Assembly: GCA_964035545.1 (NCBI GenBank)
Contig: OZ037765.1
Span: forward strand, 17,918,995 to 17,982,994
Source of the DNA: Bugula neritina
Taxonomy: Eukaryota > Animalia > Bryozoa
Direction: 5' to 3'
DNA: 64,000 nt
This document shows, one piece after another, positions 41,675-55,700 of this stretch. Both the position numbers and the translations under genes were made by a program. A model generated the notes under the pieces. The model was given only the letters and a program-made list of their open reading frames with translations, did not search any database and was not told the origin of the DNA. Position 1 is the first letter of the stretch. Each line of letters starts with the position of its first letter.

Positions 41675-42469
41675 GGTTCTTCTAACTGCCCAGTGTACTT
41701 TGCTCTACAACTTGCAATAAAATACTTGTTCGGAATGCTATGATAAAAAACCCTAAAATTTTATTATGCGTTGAAAAAACTTTATACGCATTTGACAAGC
41801 ATTCTTCTTTGTAACTTGAAAGCTATTAAAATGAAAAGCTTGCGACTAACCATAGTCGCCAATAACTAATTATGCGTATTTTAAAATGTCGACCGCATAT
41901 ATTTTTTTATAAAAATATTAACAAAATAACAATGAAGAGTTCACTTTATATTTTACCACTACTTGACAAGATGTGCAAATATGTTTACACTCATAAGTTA
42001 CAGACAAATATTCAAGTAATATTTTGAACACTAAAGCTAAGATTTATCTTTTTTGTTTACAATGCCAAGCGAATGTATCATAGTAAAATTTTCACACCAA
42101 GACAATATTGCTTTGCACAATTTCATGTAGTCAACATGCTGAACCAATATTATAAAACTTTTTACCAACAGCCAATCTATTTTTCGTGTTACAGTTTTCA
42201 AGTTAGATTTATATGTAGAATGAAGGAACAATACCTGACAGAGATAAAATAATTTTCAAATTAAATGAAAAAGTAATGCCCTGCTATATATCAAATCTAA
42301 TAGAAATATTTAGTCTTATATCATATGCTAAGGGTATATTTTTATTTTAAACCTTCTATCACAATTATTGTAAAAATTAAAACTATAGTTTGCATCAATT
42401 ATTTACAGACTTATATAAAAGAAATTTTAGGACAATGACCTTAATCCAACTTGAAAGCATGTAAATTTA

Positions 42470-43320
42470 TAATTTACTATTACCTATACCTATAACCAGT
42501 ACAACTATACCTACATTACACTGATGATGTGACTTTATTAAAGAACAAAATAAAAACAACAATTGCAGTTAGCCACATAAAATTATATATAATTACATGT
42601 GGTTTACCTGGCAATTAATGTAGCTTTGCTAAAAATTAAAGTGATTTTAAAAGAATAACAATGATTTAATTTAAATTAGTAATACTAATATTTATACTAA
42701 TAGCATTAGCAATACGGATACTTACTCTTACTCTTAGAGTTATACTTGAAGTTAATCTTATAGTATTACTATAGTATTAGTTATACTATTGCCTATTGCT
42801 ATTAATATTACTATTAGTATTATTAATGATTAATATCTATTTCTAATACTAATACTAATAGTAAATGTAATAGTAGGCTAGTATAATTATAATAGTCATA
42901 GTTCCTTATCCAAAATTAAAAATGAATGGTTTATTATAATTATTAATTATTAATATTATAGTTGATGTTATACTTATTAAATTTAATACAAATATTATAA
43001 TAATTTTATAAATACAATAAATATAATAAATTAATATTAAATTTAATATTATTATTAACATCAAATAACATTAAATTTAATAATCATAATATTGATAATC
43101 ATAATTACTTCAAGTTCATAATGATAAAGATAATCATAATCATAATGCTAAGCCCAATGGCCAATGGTAATCAATAATTACAATGCTTAGCCAATTACAA
43201 TATGAAGATGAACATGAAATATTAGAATTAGAATATTATAATTAATTACTTATTTTCAATAATTTTATAAATAATGATATTATTGACATTTTATATGATT
43301 AAAATTAAATAATTAATCAT
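42470..43320. repeat. Cryptic period-3/6 simple-sequence tract upstream of ERMARD
   Basis: TATTACTATTAGTATT, AATACTAATACTAATAGT and ATAATCATAATCATAATG runs. Confidence 0.7.
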
Positions 43321-44010
43321 TTAATGGTACTCATATTCCGCCGTCAATCTCAATTTCAACTTGAAACAGAAAGAAACTGAAAAGTAATTTGATTCTCTCA
43401 AATGGCGTGCAGCAAAGTTTAATGCAATCAGAGACGTATCAAATCGCTCAACAATAGCCATAACGATAATAATTATTATTATTGGGAACATTTTAAAATG
43501 GACAACAAGTATTAGCATCAAGCAAGTGCCACTCCAAGTAGTAAATAAATCACTCTGGCCTAAACATGGTGTAATCACGCAGCTGAGTCCATTTACACCA
43601 TGTTTGTATAGCCTTATTTCCATAAAGCAGTTGTAGAGACTTCACTATAATGAACTTTTTTGTTGTACCCATAATAAAACAATATTATCAACATAGTAAT
43701 ATTATAATAACTATCGACCCCATATTTTTGTGAAAGCGTAATAATTTAAAACTGAGAGTGAGTTTTAAAAGTATCATATGAATAATTCTAAAGTTACATA
43801 ATATGTATTAGTTTTTATGTCCATCATTTATGCGGTAGTAGTTTATATCAATATGCTATACCAATCTGATAATCGGTCGGTTACGGCAACAGGTAAACGT
43901 ACATTGTTAAGTAAGTATAGAAACTAACACTTTGCAGTCTGCATTTTCGAACAAAAATATTAACAAGTTTTTCCTCAAGCGGCATTTCAAATATCATTTC
44001 CGGCATCGCT
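43320..44010. promoter_or_regulatory. Candidate bidirectional promoter region for ERMARD/ZNF622 and CNTLN
   Basis: Head-to-head gene arrangement; CpG-enriched patches at both ends (TTCCGCCGTC, CAAATGGCG, ETS-like TTTCCGG near 43997); donor-like CAG|GTAAAC near 43892. Confidence 0.45.
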
Positions 44011-44491
44011 GTGATACTCGTACTGATACTACAAGTTGAAGTATTAGTACTAGTCGGCTCTAGTAGTGGTTGTGGTATTTGTATAACTTGAAATTTTTAA
44101 TAGTCATTGTGATTGTGATTGTTAATGTTTTTATTGTGTTAGTTTATTTACATTTACTATAAATTTATTATTATAATATTTTGATTTCGTCTGTATAAGT
44201 ATTATATTCAATTTTATAATTCTTTAGTCAGACCCAGTCTGACTCTGACAGTCAGTGTCACACTCACAGTTTGCATTTGCATCTAAAAGTGTCATAATAT
44301 CTTTGATGTGCGTGTAACTATTGAAATTCAAAGTTTTTTTAAATTCAATACCATTGAATAGCTGGTTGGAGCATATAAATATTTGCTAAGAATGATTAAC
44401 GTTCATTGTTGCTATTTTGTTTATTTTTAGACGCTCAATTTTGACTGACAGTCTGGAAAAAAGCATTGTGGTTTTTCAATAGATAGTTGCC

Positions 44492-47400
44492 ATGTCTACT
44501 TTTTTATCCTCATCTATTGGAAATGAGCTTACAAAAGCCATAAGTGTAAATGGAGGCTCTGTTCAAAGTAAGCTGATGCTTTTGTTTAAATATATTTTCT
44601 CTTAGCATAGGCCTGTATTGTAGTGCATCACTATTACTATTAGTTCATTAGTATGGACTATGCTACATTTCAGCAACAGATTATAGTCTATATTTGATGT
44701 TATTTTGGAAAGAAGAAATTAATTAATTTATCCTTGAGAGGTTTTTGTAAAACTTGCCCTTTCTAAGTGCTTGTCCAATTTATGCATGAGTAAAGAGATT
44801 GTTTTATATCATCAACTCGTTAAATACTTTTGGTGTAAAAAATGACAATTTAAATTTTGCTGATTATGAATAATTTTATATAAAGTATTGTCAGTCTTAC
44901 CAGAATCGAAGCTCCTGGCATTGCTGAGTTTTATAAACTACACTAGCATATTGCTTAATATGAGTACTAAGTTGGTAATAATATGACCACATCTACGGGT
45001 GTATACTGCTTAGTGTTACAGCTATGTAGGAAATAGCTTGCATATTCCATTGATCTATAAATACTCCATCTTAAATGATGTGATACAGCTTTGTTTTTAG
45101 CAATATATCAAATATATAACTTTATTGGATTATGTGTAGAATGTGCAAAAGTGTGGTAATGTACTGGTCAGTAACAGATAAAACTGTACCATGTCTCATT
45201 TTAATTATATATCAATTATATGAAATTAGTGACTTATATTTAAGTTAAAAATACTTGTCAGCCTTGGCTATTGTCTAACATTAAAGCAATTGTTAATTAC
45301 ACCTTATAGCCAGGCTTTTGATGTTTTCAACTTTCATTTCTAACTTCAAAGCAGAATAATCCGTTTTTATTGGATTATCAAAAAACTCTATCCAAATGCG
45401 ACTCTTCTGACTCTAATAACTTTCACCACTGCTTGAAACAACTATAAGTATTATTTTTAAGGTACATGTATGACAGTCATGTGTGTTTGTTGTAGGTCTA
45501 GATATCGGCAATTTGGATGTGAACCGTCTTCGAGAAGAAAACCTGCGGTTACGAGAAGATCTTTCCCAGTGTCAGGTATTTTCAACATTTCTCCATAAGA
45601 CTGGACAGTAAAAAGTTGTTGCATGCTAGCTTTATCAGTGTATAAGTTTATTTGGTAAATTCATGTTTGATTTCCTGTGTTTGAAGGTTGATAAAGAATT
45701 TGTATGGTCTCTGTGGAAGAAATTGCAAGTTGCATCTCCAGATATTACAGAAGCGGTAGCACTTGTTGTTGAGAGGTGATTCAATTTTGGTGTTACTTAG
45801 CAAGGAAATAATGTTTTGCCTTTAACTGAAATATAATGTTGATCTAGCATTGCTATTACATTCGGGTATTGTAAGGCTACTCGAAATGAATTCTGTTGAT
45901 TAAGTGTGGCCCCCCCCCCCCCCCTTTGAAATATCATCACACTGCAGACTAGTATTGAGATTTTTTGTTGCTATTTTAGGGAAAAGCAAAAGTCTGAGGA
46001 TAAAGACAGAAAAGTTTTGGATATTTTGCATCTGAAAGACGACAGGATACAAAAGCTGCAGAAAGTAGTTGAAGAACAATCTCAGGAGTTGTCTTTTCAG
46101 AACAAAAAGTATGTCAGTTGCTTTTCAAAATTTTAGTTAAAGATAACCATCACTGTGAAACCTGTTAACTGCCATGCGTGTATGACTGATAAAAAAACAA
46201 AGCTAGAAGTTACATGCATGTCTAGGGTATACATATTTTCCGTTGAAACTGTTCCAACTCTAAAGATGGCTACAATTTCAGTATAAATATTTGTTATAAA
46301 TATTTTGTTAATTTTGATTATATATTTTATCACCTTTAGCATAAAATAATTTGGCAACATACGAGGCTTCCAGTTTATTATTTTATTATTAAGCTATATG
46401 ACCAAAATATCTTTAATCAATACTGGTTTTAAAAACTGTATGGTAACTGTTTTAGTTTGGCAAGGAAAATTGACCTGCCAATTTATTATCCAGTATCAGC
46501 TGAAATTGTTCATTAAATGTTTCCATCACATAATATAATAAGTTTGTAGTTTTCTATTTAACTTAACAGAAAGTTGGAAATTCACGATGAAGCTGCTCGC
46601 CATCAGACGGATAAAGCTAGGTTGATGGGAGAGTTATCTGAACTCGCACAACAATTTGAGACTGAAAAAGCAAATCATCAACAAACCAACAATGAATTAT
46701 TGGCAACTATAGGTATCCAACATATTATGAGTCATTGTACTACAATTACATTAAAGTTTTTAGCTCTTGAAATGCTACAGTGGAACTAATGAATGCTAGC
46801 AACTGGCAAACCTACTTGAGAATCACCTTAATTATTTTGATACTGTTCAACTTGACAGCTGAATAAATTGTCTTTGGCTTATTCTACACTTGTTTATAAT
46901 TGTATGATGTCTTAAAGAGTTTATAAACCATTGATTAGGCATAAACATTTTATTAAAGCCTAAGGAGGGGAGGCTTCATTGTGATGCGTATTGGCTGGAA
47001 TCTGACAGTATTTCAGATAATTTTATTTGCTTTCAATTTTAGAATAACTAAAGCTGAGTTTTCAGTTTAAGGGACATTCAGGGTATAGAATGTTGTTGAT
47101 AAATTACTTTGATGATGTGTGTTGCATGCATAATCTTATACCATTGAGATTTAACAATTAATACTAGTTCATAAGTATTTCTATGTACATGAGTGCACTT
47201 TTAATTCATCAAGTTGACATTTCAGATGAGCTTACCAGCACGTGTGAAGCTTTAAAAAGTTCTTTGAATAAGTCTAATCTTGAGGTTGAGAGGCTCAATA
47301 ATTGTTTAAGAAATCTTGAAGATACCACAAGTGCTTTGCAAGAACAGAATAATATTTTACAGAGGCAGCTTGATTCTAGTCATGATAAGGTACTAGGTAG

Positions 47401-50400
47401 ACATACACCTTACCTACAAGTTTTGCTTGATGTTATTTAACTGGCCTATCAGTTGTTTATTCCTAGACATTACCTGCAACTCTTATTTAGTTGACAACCC
47501 AGTTCCAGTTCTATTCACCGCCAGCTACCCTGCTAAACTTAGCATATTAATAATTCGACTTGATATTTTCCTATCAAATTTCTAGGATGAAAAGCTCACA
47601 GACTTGGCTAAGAGATATCAATCTCAGCTGAAAAAGATTACAGTTGAACTCAAGAGTAAGAGTAGTGAGTTGGACGTGACCAGGTGAGAGCATGCTAGTT
47701 TATGTAGCAGAGATACTAGATATAGAATACGTTTTTAACTAAGACTTTTACTCTAGCAGTTGTGTTCTGATTAGGTTAACCCAGCAGTACACCACTAAGT
47801 AAAGGGGAGAACTCTAGTTTAGATAATTGTTTTTTTTTAATCCTAATTTATTTGAGTTCATAGGTTAGGCTTCAAATTTCCAGCCTTTCAGTAGTTTAAG
47901 GAAGTTGCACCTGTTATCAGTGATTTGCTAAAAATATGAATTGATGAATATAAAATTTGTATGAAATAAATTCTAAATTCTACTATATAACAACAGTTGT
48001 TGAAAATCTTATGCTGTACTCAGATAAACTAGTCAACAGTCCTGGGGAAAATGTGTATAAGTTAGCTATTTATTACAGTAATATGAAAGTGTGCTGTGAA
48101 CAGATTGTATTGATATCTGAGTTGAGTATTTCACACTTAGTAACTAAAAACTGTATATGGTGTTTTGTCTATATTCATTACATTGTAGTTTACTATTGCT
48201 ATGTCGTTTGTTATATGCATAGGGTCTACTATTAGTAGTCCTTTAGTGAAGTAATAAGGTGTTTGTTGCAGAAAAGAGTTGAGTGATCTTTGGACTACGC
48301 ACCAGCAGTGTGAATATAATGCACAGCAAAGAGAAAGTGTTATTAAACAGCTGGAAGAGCTGCAGAGGAACACTGAGAAAATGTTAGTAGACTGCGAGGG
48401 AGCTCACAATAAGCATACTGACAATCAATATCAGGTAGTGAATTGCTTGCATATGCATGTGCTTGTCTTCTACCATACTTACTAAATGGTTATTCATAGC
48501 ATTTGAAATACACACTCGGCTTGACTGCTGTGTTTATACACTGCAACAGCAAATACTTGTCGGCATTCTCTCGTCTTTGTAAGTCTAGTAGGAAAACTTG
48601 AACTTACTCTTTTTCCTAGATAACAGCTCATTCATTCATTTTTTGTGATTTTATTTGAAATATTTACACATAATCCTCGGTTTCACTTTTGTCTACATTA
48701 GTTATGAAGTTGCTATTTTGTAGATTAATCTCAAGATGCAAGACGAAATCAATTATCTTAGAAAGAAAGAATTGGACCAAAGTGATCAGATTCATGCTCT
48801 AGAGAAGGTATGTTGTAGTCCCTTCTCCTTGCTGCATGCATTCATATTCAAGTTTCCATTCAGATGTTTAGTTTTCTGTTTAAATTTTTCATTCTATTGA
48901 TAATAGTTTTCAAGTTATAAATATTTATGCATGAAGCATGTTGGTACATCACTTGCATTTACAGCTTTCCCTCTCTGTTTTTTGTTTGTTGTAATTATAG
49001 TATAGGGAAGTTGAGTCGAGCAGTAGAAATAATGTAAGACGAAGTTGTGTCTTTTGTGATGCTTAAATAAGTGCTTTACCTGAAGAGAGTGTAAAAACTT
49101 GGATAAATAATATTATAATATTCAATTAATTACTACATTAATCAATACCTTTTGAAAGCCTAGCCTTGGTTTATGGTATAAGTTAGACAGTTCTAGCACC
49201 ATTTCCTGTGTAAGGCAGGAATGAACAAATTATGCACTAAAGACCCGAAGCAGCTGCTAGAGTTTAGTCTGTCCTGCTGGTCAATTAGATTTATTATTCG
49301 TGACATGAATATTTTAGCAGCTCACTAACTAAAAAATTTGAATGCCTTGCATCTTAGCCATACTAATTTCTCATTCGTTTTTGCCTGTTTTTTGTCATTT
49401 TCCCACCACTATTTATTATATCTAGATGACTTCGATTTGATCTTTTACCCTTTCACCCTGGAACATTTTCATTTCATCATTTTAATTTTCTGTTTAACAT
49501 TCAAAGGTTTTTATTTAGGTCTATTCCTCTTTTGTCATCCGCAATGTTCTTTCATCATTATTGTTCATTCTCATCTAGCCTGGTAGCTCTTAGCTATCTA
49601 TCATTACTATTTTCTTAAATTATTTTTTTTAAATTGCCATACATACGATAACTGAAATGTATGCTTTGCTAGTATTCCTCAATGATATTTAATAACAGCA
49701 CATCTGAAGAAGTTATTATTTACTCTAGTTTTGTCATCATAGACTGTTCAACTGATTTTCTACCTAGCGTTTGTCTTGAACTGATAAGAAACTTGTCTTC
49801 AGGGTATTGCTGGTTGTGTTTTATTCAAATTTTGCTCTTTCTTTGTGGATTGTTAATCTTCTGATTAAAAAACATTCAAGTCACAAATAAGCCCAGCGAG
49901 GAACTGCAATAGATTTGATCTCTACTAGGTTGTGGCATTATATGAAGAAAAGGAAAGAGACACTGCTGATCTGAGACTTCAGGAACAGAATATTGATGTA
50001 GAAGAGCTCACAGAAGAAAAATGGAAGACCAGATTGTTTAATATGGAACAAGAGAATGAGAAACTGAAAGAGAGGCTCTATGATAAGAATAGGTGTGTTT
50101 CGATGTATACTTGCCATACAGTGATTATGTACATTATCTGCTAATTTTGGACGTTAGCAAAATTGCCTTTCTTCCATTTACTAGGGAATTGATCCAAAAT
50201 TAGGTTCATATATGAAAAAGGTTCAACTGTACTAAATGTGTAAGACTGGCAGATACTCTACTAACACACTCTCTGTTGATGCTGTGGCAAAACCTTAATG
50301 CCAGGAATATTTTTTCTAATGAAATGCACCTTGCTACAAGTATGCTTGTTGTTAAGAATATAAATTTCACTTTCATAAGCAGAAATATTTAAGTGAAGAT

Positions 50401-52615
50401 GAAGCCAGACATACATATCTTTTACTTTGTATACTACCACCACCACCACCACCGCATAACATTTACTTACCATTATTTCCTTTAATATTTGCTGGATTAA
50501 CAGTTTGGGTTGTAATGAGTAATAAAATAGCTGTTTAATGTCAACTGTGATTGATTTAGACTTTATAGTAAAACCTCCGATTTCTAGAGTAATTGACAGA
50601 TTGAGCAAGAGAACAGAGTTTGATTACATAACGTCAGAGAAAGCCAGTGATGGGCCACAGTCTAGAGGGAAGAGTAAACATGCCAGATCTAAGTCCGAGT
50701 CGGGTGTATATTTCCAAGATCATGATTTGTTGAAAAAGTTGCAAGTCACTGAGGCTAAGCTGGAGCAAGCAGAAATTAGACTGCAACTTAAGGTAAATGG
50801 ATTTGTTTTTTTTAATGAAAATAGCTTTATGTTTTTAATAAGCTGCTAAATATTTTTATCTAGAAGAGTAGATATCTGGCTACTAGCTAGCTTGACTTTA
50901 TCCTGTAATCACCTTGATTGATATTTTATGTTGATCATGGGTATTGTAACTCCTAGATATTTCAACTGTAAATAACTCTAAATGCTGCTCAAGGGTAAAT
51001 TATCTTACTGCTACTAACAATTGTTGCAAACTGTTGGAATCATAAATAAAAAATATGTTTAACATATACAAAGCACCTTGTGAAAACTCGAAAGTCCTGC
51101 AAGTATGATACGATATGCAAACATATTGTACATTGTAGGAATCTCAGTTAGATGCCTTGAAGCAAGCTCACCAGCGTAGACTTGACAGGTTGAAGAACCT
51201 TTTAACTAGCTATAAGTTGGTTAGAGAACAGTTGAAGGTAGCTGAGGATGAACTGGGCAGGTGAGAGTTTCAGTAAAATGTTAGAAGCATGTTAACTATA
51301 TTATACATAGTGCTATCTCCATATTTCACTAAGTCACGGGTCCCGAAGCCTCAATTCGTGACATAGTAGAATACCAGATTTAACTCACGGATATGTTAAA
51401 TTCAGCCATTTTGTCCCTATACACACATACATAAGCCACAAAGCGGGAGTCCAAACCCTTCTCGTGACCTATGAAACTTTGTGAGAAAGGGATCAATGAG
51501 ATGCAGAAGGAGCACTGTGTATCGTTACCTCGACACATATAGTGGTTCACTTCTACAGCTTGCATATGTCTTTTAGTCTTGTCACTTATAAGAGAGTGGT
51601 ATGAGTGCTGAGCCATTGTTGGAACTGCCGGGAATACCAAAATTAATTTGCTGTACAAGTGTTTTTGTATTAATCCATCTGCATGCTCAATACTGAAGTT
51701 ATAGAACTGATACCAGAGATATGAAACTAGCAAATACTGTAATATCTGTACCTCAGACAGACTCGTTACAAATTCAAATGAACTCCAAAAGATGGAGTGA
51801 TAATCTAGCAAAATTCAAGCAACATAATATGTTGAGATTTGTGTTGTACAATACTCAAACATATAACTATTATAATATATTAATACAAAATAAAGCCTCC
51901 TCTATGATGAAAATGAGGTCATTTTGTTGCTATTTTGTACATAATATTTTTTGTTCTTTTACACCTTGCCTGTTTGTAAATATATAATATGGAAGAATGG
52001 GAAAGTCTCCAGTTTTACAGTTGTAAAGACATCATTGAGAATAAGTTTGAAGTGAAAGTGCTAAATAGAATTTAACTAAAGATGAAATGCCTAGGAATTT
52101 TCATTAGCAAGTTGAAAAATGAATTTTGTTACCTCCAAGTTATCAACTATTTATAAATTTAAGTTTTTCATAGATGCATCTTTTTACTGATAGTTATACT
52201 TGTATCTAATTGTCTTACTCATTCTTTAGATTTTTTTCGCTACTTATAATGCCAAATATATTATTCTTGTAGACCCCCTAAGAAACGAAAGCCCAAGTTC
52301 AAGCGACCGACAAAGAAAGACTTGCAACAGGAGGACAGCCAGGCTGCTTGGAATGAATTGAGATTTGTCAAAAATGAAAACAAGAACTTGCTAGTTATAA
52401 AGTAGGTGCAATCATCTCTGCCCTGTTTAAAATAGATGGAATTGTTCAAAATACGCACATAAATTCTCTAGACTGAATAAACTTCTTATTTTAAAATGAG
52501 GGGGGAGGGTATTGACTTAGGTGTGTTCACCTACTAAAGTTTAAAGCTTTAAAGAATTTCAATTTTGATTACCTTTCCTGAGTAATTGAAGTCAAAAAGT
52601 TCATATAAATACTTG

Positions 52616-52712
<97 letters not shown>

Positions 52713-55700
52713 CGATGTTTTTCCTAAAGAATGAATATGGAGGAGCAAATAGATGACATGTCTGTAAAAGCTAGTGAAGATGCGGCTAATATTCATACAT
52801 TACAGATACAAGTAGACACTCTAGAGCAAGGTAATGCTATCTTCATCTCTTTTCATTCCTAAATTAAAGCATAAGAAAGACATCTAATACATAATTCGAT
52901 ATTTTAAAGCAAAGGTCTAAACAAACTGGGTATAGAAATAAAACTCTTTTTGTTCATCTTTAAACTTTTTTTTGACAATGAAAAGTGAGGCAGCTGTTTC
53001 ACTACCTGGCTAGTGCTGAAAAGGTGTTGCTGAATGATAGACTTCTAGAGAGCTCACTGTCCATGATCTCTCCAGGTCTACATAATTAAATAGATTAGTT
53101 AGATGCAAACGTTGCTCAATGTGCTATGAATTGCATACATCTAGATGTACTTTCTCTTGTAACTAGTTTGATACTGGGATCAGGCGATACTAAAACAGTG
53201 CTGTTATACTTCACAGAGCTAACAGTCATGAGACGAGAAGGTAGAAACATGTCGAGTACTCCAAGGAAGCAATATGATGAGGATATCGCTCACTTACATG
53301 CGAAGGTCTTTAAGCACCATAATGTCTTGATCATTATAGTTTATAAGTTTATGTAGTATTATTGTTAAATAAAAAGGCATTTCGAAGAGAGTTGAATACT
53401 ACAACATTGATTGCCCAAGTTTCTGTTTTGTTTGTTACTAGCTGGAATCTTGCAAGTCTGTCATTGGGGCTCAGAAGAGGCGACTGGAAGAGATCAATCG
53501 AGATAACAATGTCTTGGTTGAGGAGAAGCGAACTCTCAAATTTGAGATAAACACTTTGAAAAAGTTCTTATTTGAAAAGAAAAGCGAGATGGCTAGTCTG
53601 CATGCAGAAGTCAACAGGTAGATGCTTCTGTGTGTGTGCTAGCATCTTCAACAGTTCTGTCTGGGATTTTCATTTCAGCTTCTTGAATAGCAAGATACTG
53701 AAAGTAAATGTGCTACTGTTTCTCTTTCATAGCTATTAAGCGTATACTCATAGTATGTGTGTAGTGAGTTAGCAGGTGTGAGTGTAAGAGCGGGTTATTA
53801 TAACTGATTGCTAGATCTGGTAAGACTAATTGATAACAGCAGGGTATTGACTTAACTGACTGTGTACACAAAGTAGTCAACATCATATCCAAATTTGAAA
53901 GTAGTGAAACTGAGATACTATTAGTCCCATCAAATGAAAATAAAAGCAGAAATAATTGTATCATCAACCTAGATCTTATTAGTATCAATGGAAATCAAAA
54001 TTAGTAGATAGTGGCTACTGTGTGATTTTCATGTTCCATGCATATTATACTGTATACTATATGTTATATGCAGTATATGTTATATCAGTATACCTAGGAA
54101 TGCCATGAGACATGCTGTTGTAATATATGTTAGTTTTATTACTTTTGGTTACAGGCTACATAGAATAACTAAATCCACCTGTAACCAGAGGAGAAAGGGG
54201 AGATACATAACTCCAGTAGGACGAAAATATGAGAGCGTGTTGAAGAACTCCATGGATCACATGACCAATGTGATGGCCGAGAGTAGATCTGCAGTTCTCT
54301 CACCTGATGTACCCGACTCTTTGGTTGAGGAGGGACACTCAGTCAGTGATCATGCAGATGACTTCTGCGATGGAACTCTGAATGAGTCTGACTCGGTAGA
54401 CCTCCCTGAGCCAGCTGACTCAGGTGAGTTGACTTAGAGCTGATGCATCACAATCTTTAGTATGGAAATGCTTAGCTGGAAATAACAGATGGACTATTGA
54501 CTAATTCTTGTTGTAAATTGTGATCATTCTAAAGCATTTTTTCAGTGCAAGACAATACTGTCTTTTGCTGATCATATTTACAAAAATCAACATAACTTTG
54601 CACTAATAATTTTACTAGTGCGATGTATTATTATACAAAATACTCCAAAACATGTAAACTTAACTGAATTTTTTGCAAATAATATATGAAATTTTGAAGT
54701 TAATCCAGGTGCACTAGGAATTTGCTTTACCTGTTTTTATAACTGAAATGATGCAACTTTTAGCTAAAATAAATGGCTAAAGTCAATCTTATGCATACAA
54801 ACCTACAATATGTTTTTGTGGTTTAAAAAATATAAAAAAATTGTTGTAATATCTAACGTAGGAGTTTTCATTCCTCTTCCATACTACAAGCAGACTGTAG
54901 ACATGTAAACATGCTCATGTGTTCTGTTCCAGCTGCCAGTCTGGGTGAGCTCATTGCACACAGAGCTTCGAGGGTAGAAAATGCTGAACGCAGTTGTCAA
55001 ACCAGTCCTCGATTATTACCTGCATTGACACACACTGTTGACAACAGGGTTGATCAAGTGCTTGAGTTTCAGCCCAGGATACCCAAAGGTAATAACAGTC
55101 GGATACCAAATTTGCCTAGTCATATCGAAAAGTTTCGAACATTCAAGTTTATGTCCTTGGAATCACTGTGTACTTCGTGAAAGCTATCATTCTGCTATGT
55201 CAGTCAGCTAACTTATAAGTAATAGAAATTGAAAATTTCCCAACTATTTCTTACTTTTTTAAATTATTAGTAACATACTTGTAATAATAAATCTAGTGCA
55301 ATAAAAACTCAATAAGATTTTGCCTAATGCCAAACAAATTTATATTTCAAAACTTCCCCAGCCTCACAGTAATTCTGGACGATTATATCATGTGTGAAAA
55401 ATTTCTTGGTATCCATTCTATGTATTTTAGTGAAAAAATATTTTTCTAAACACTGTTTTCACCTTAGACTGTCGAACAGGATACTGTGGAACATAAGTAT
55501 TGAACGAGTATCGAATACTGAAGGTAAAACATGGGCCATTATTTGTTAGTTGCACGGAATGTGGCTACCAGCACGTCACCTCTGAGATGTAGAAGAGGAA
55601 GATGGCGAAGGCTTCGACCAAACGCCTTCTCTCAGGTCTCCAGTCTCAAGCAGCGGCTGGTAAGTCTGCAGATGAAGGTGAAGAGTTTGACTGAAGACAA

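Noticed and set aside
47525-47553. TACCCTGCTAAACTTAGCATATTAATAA resembles the 28S rRNA 5' end
   Set aside because: Under 30 nt with indels and AT-rich; flanks do not continue the match, so it may be chance
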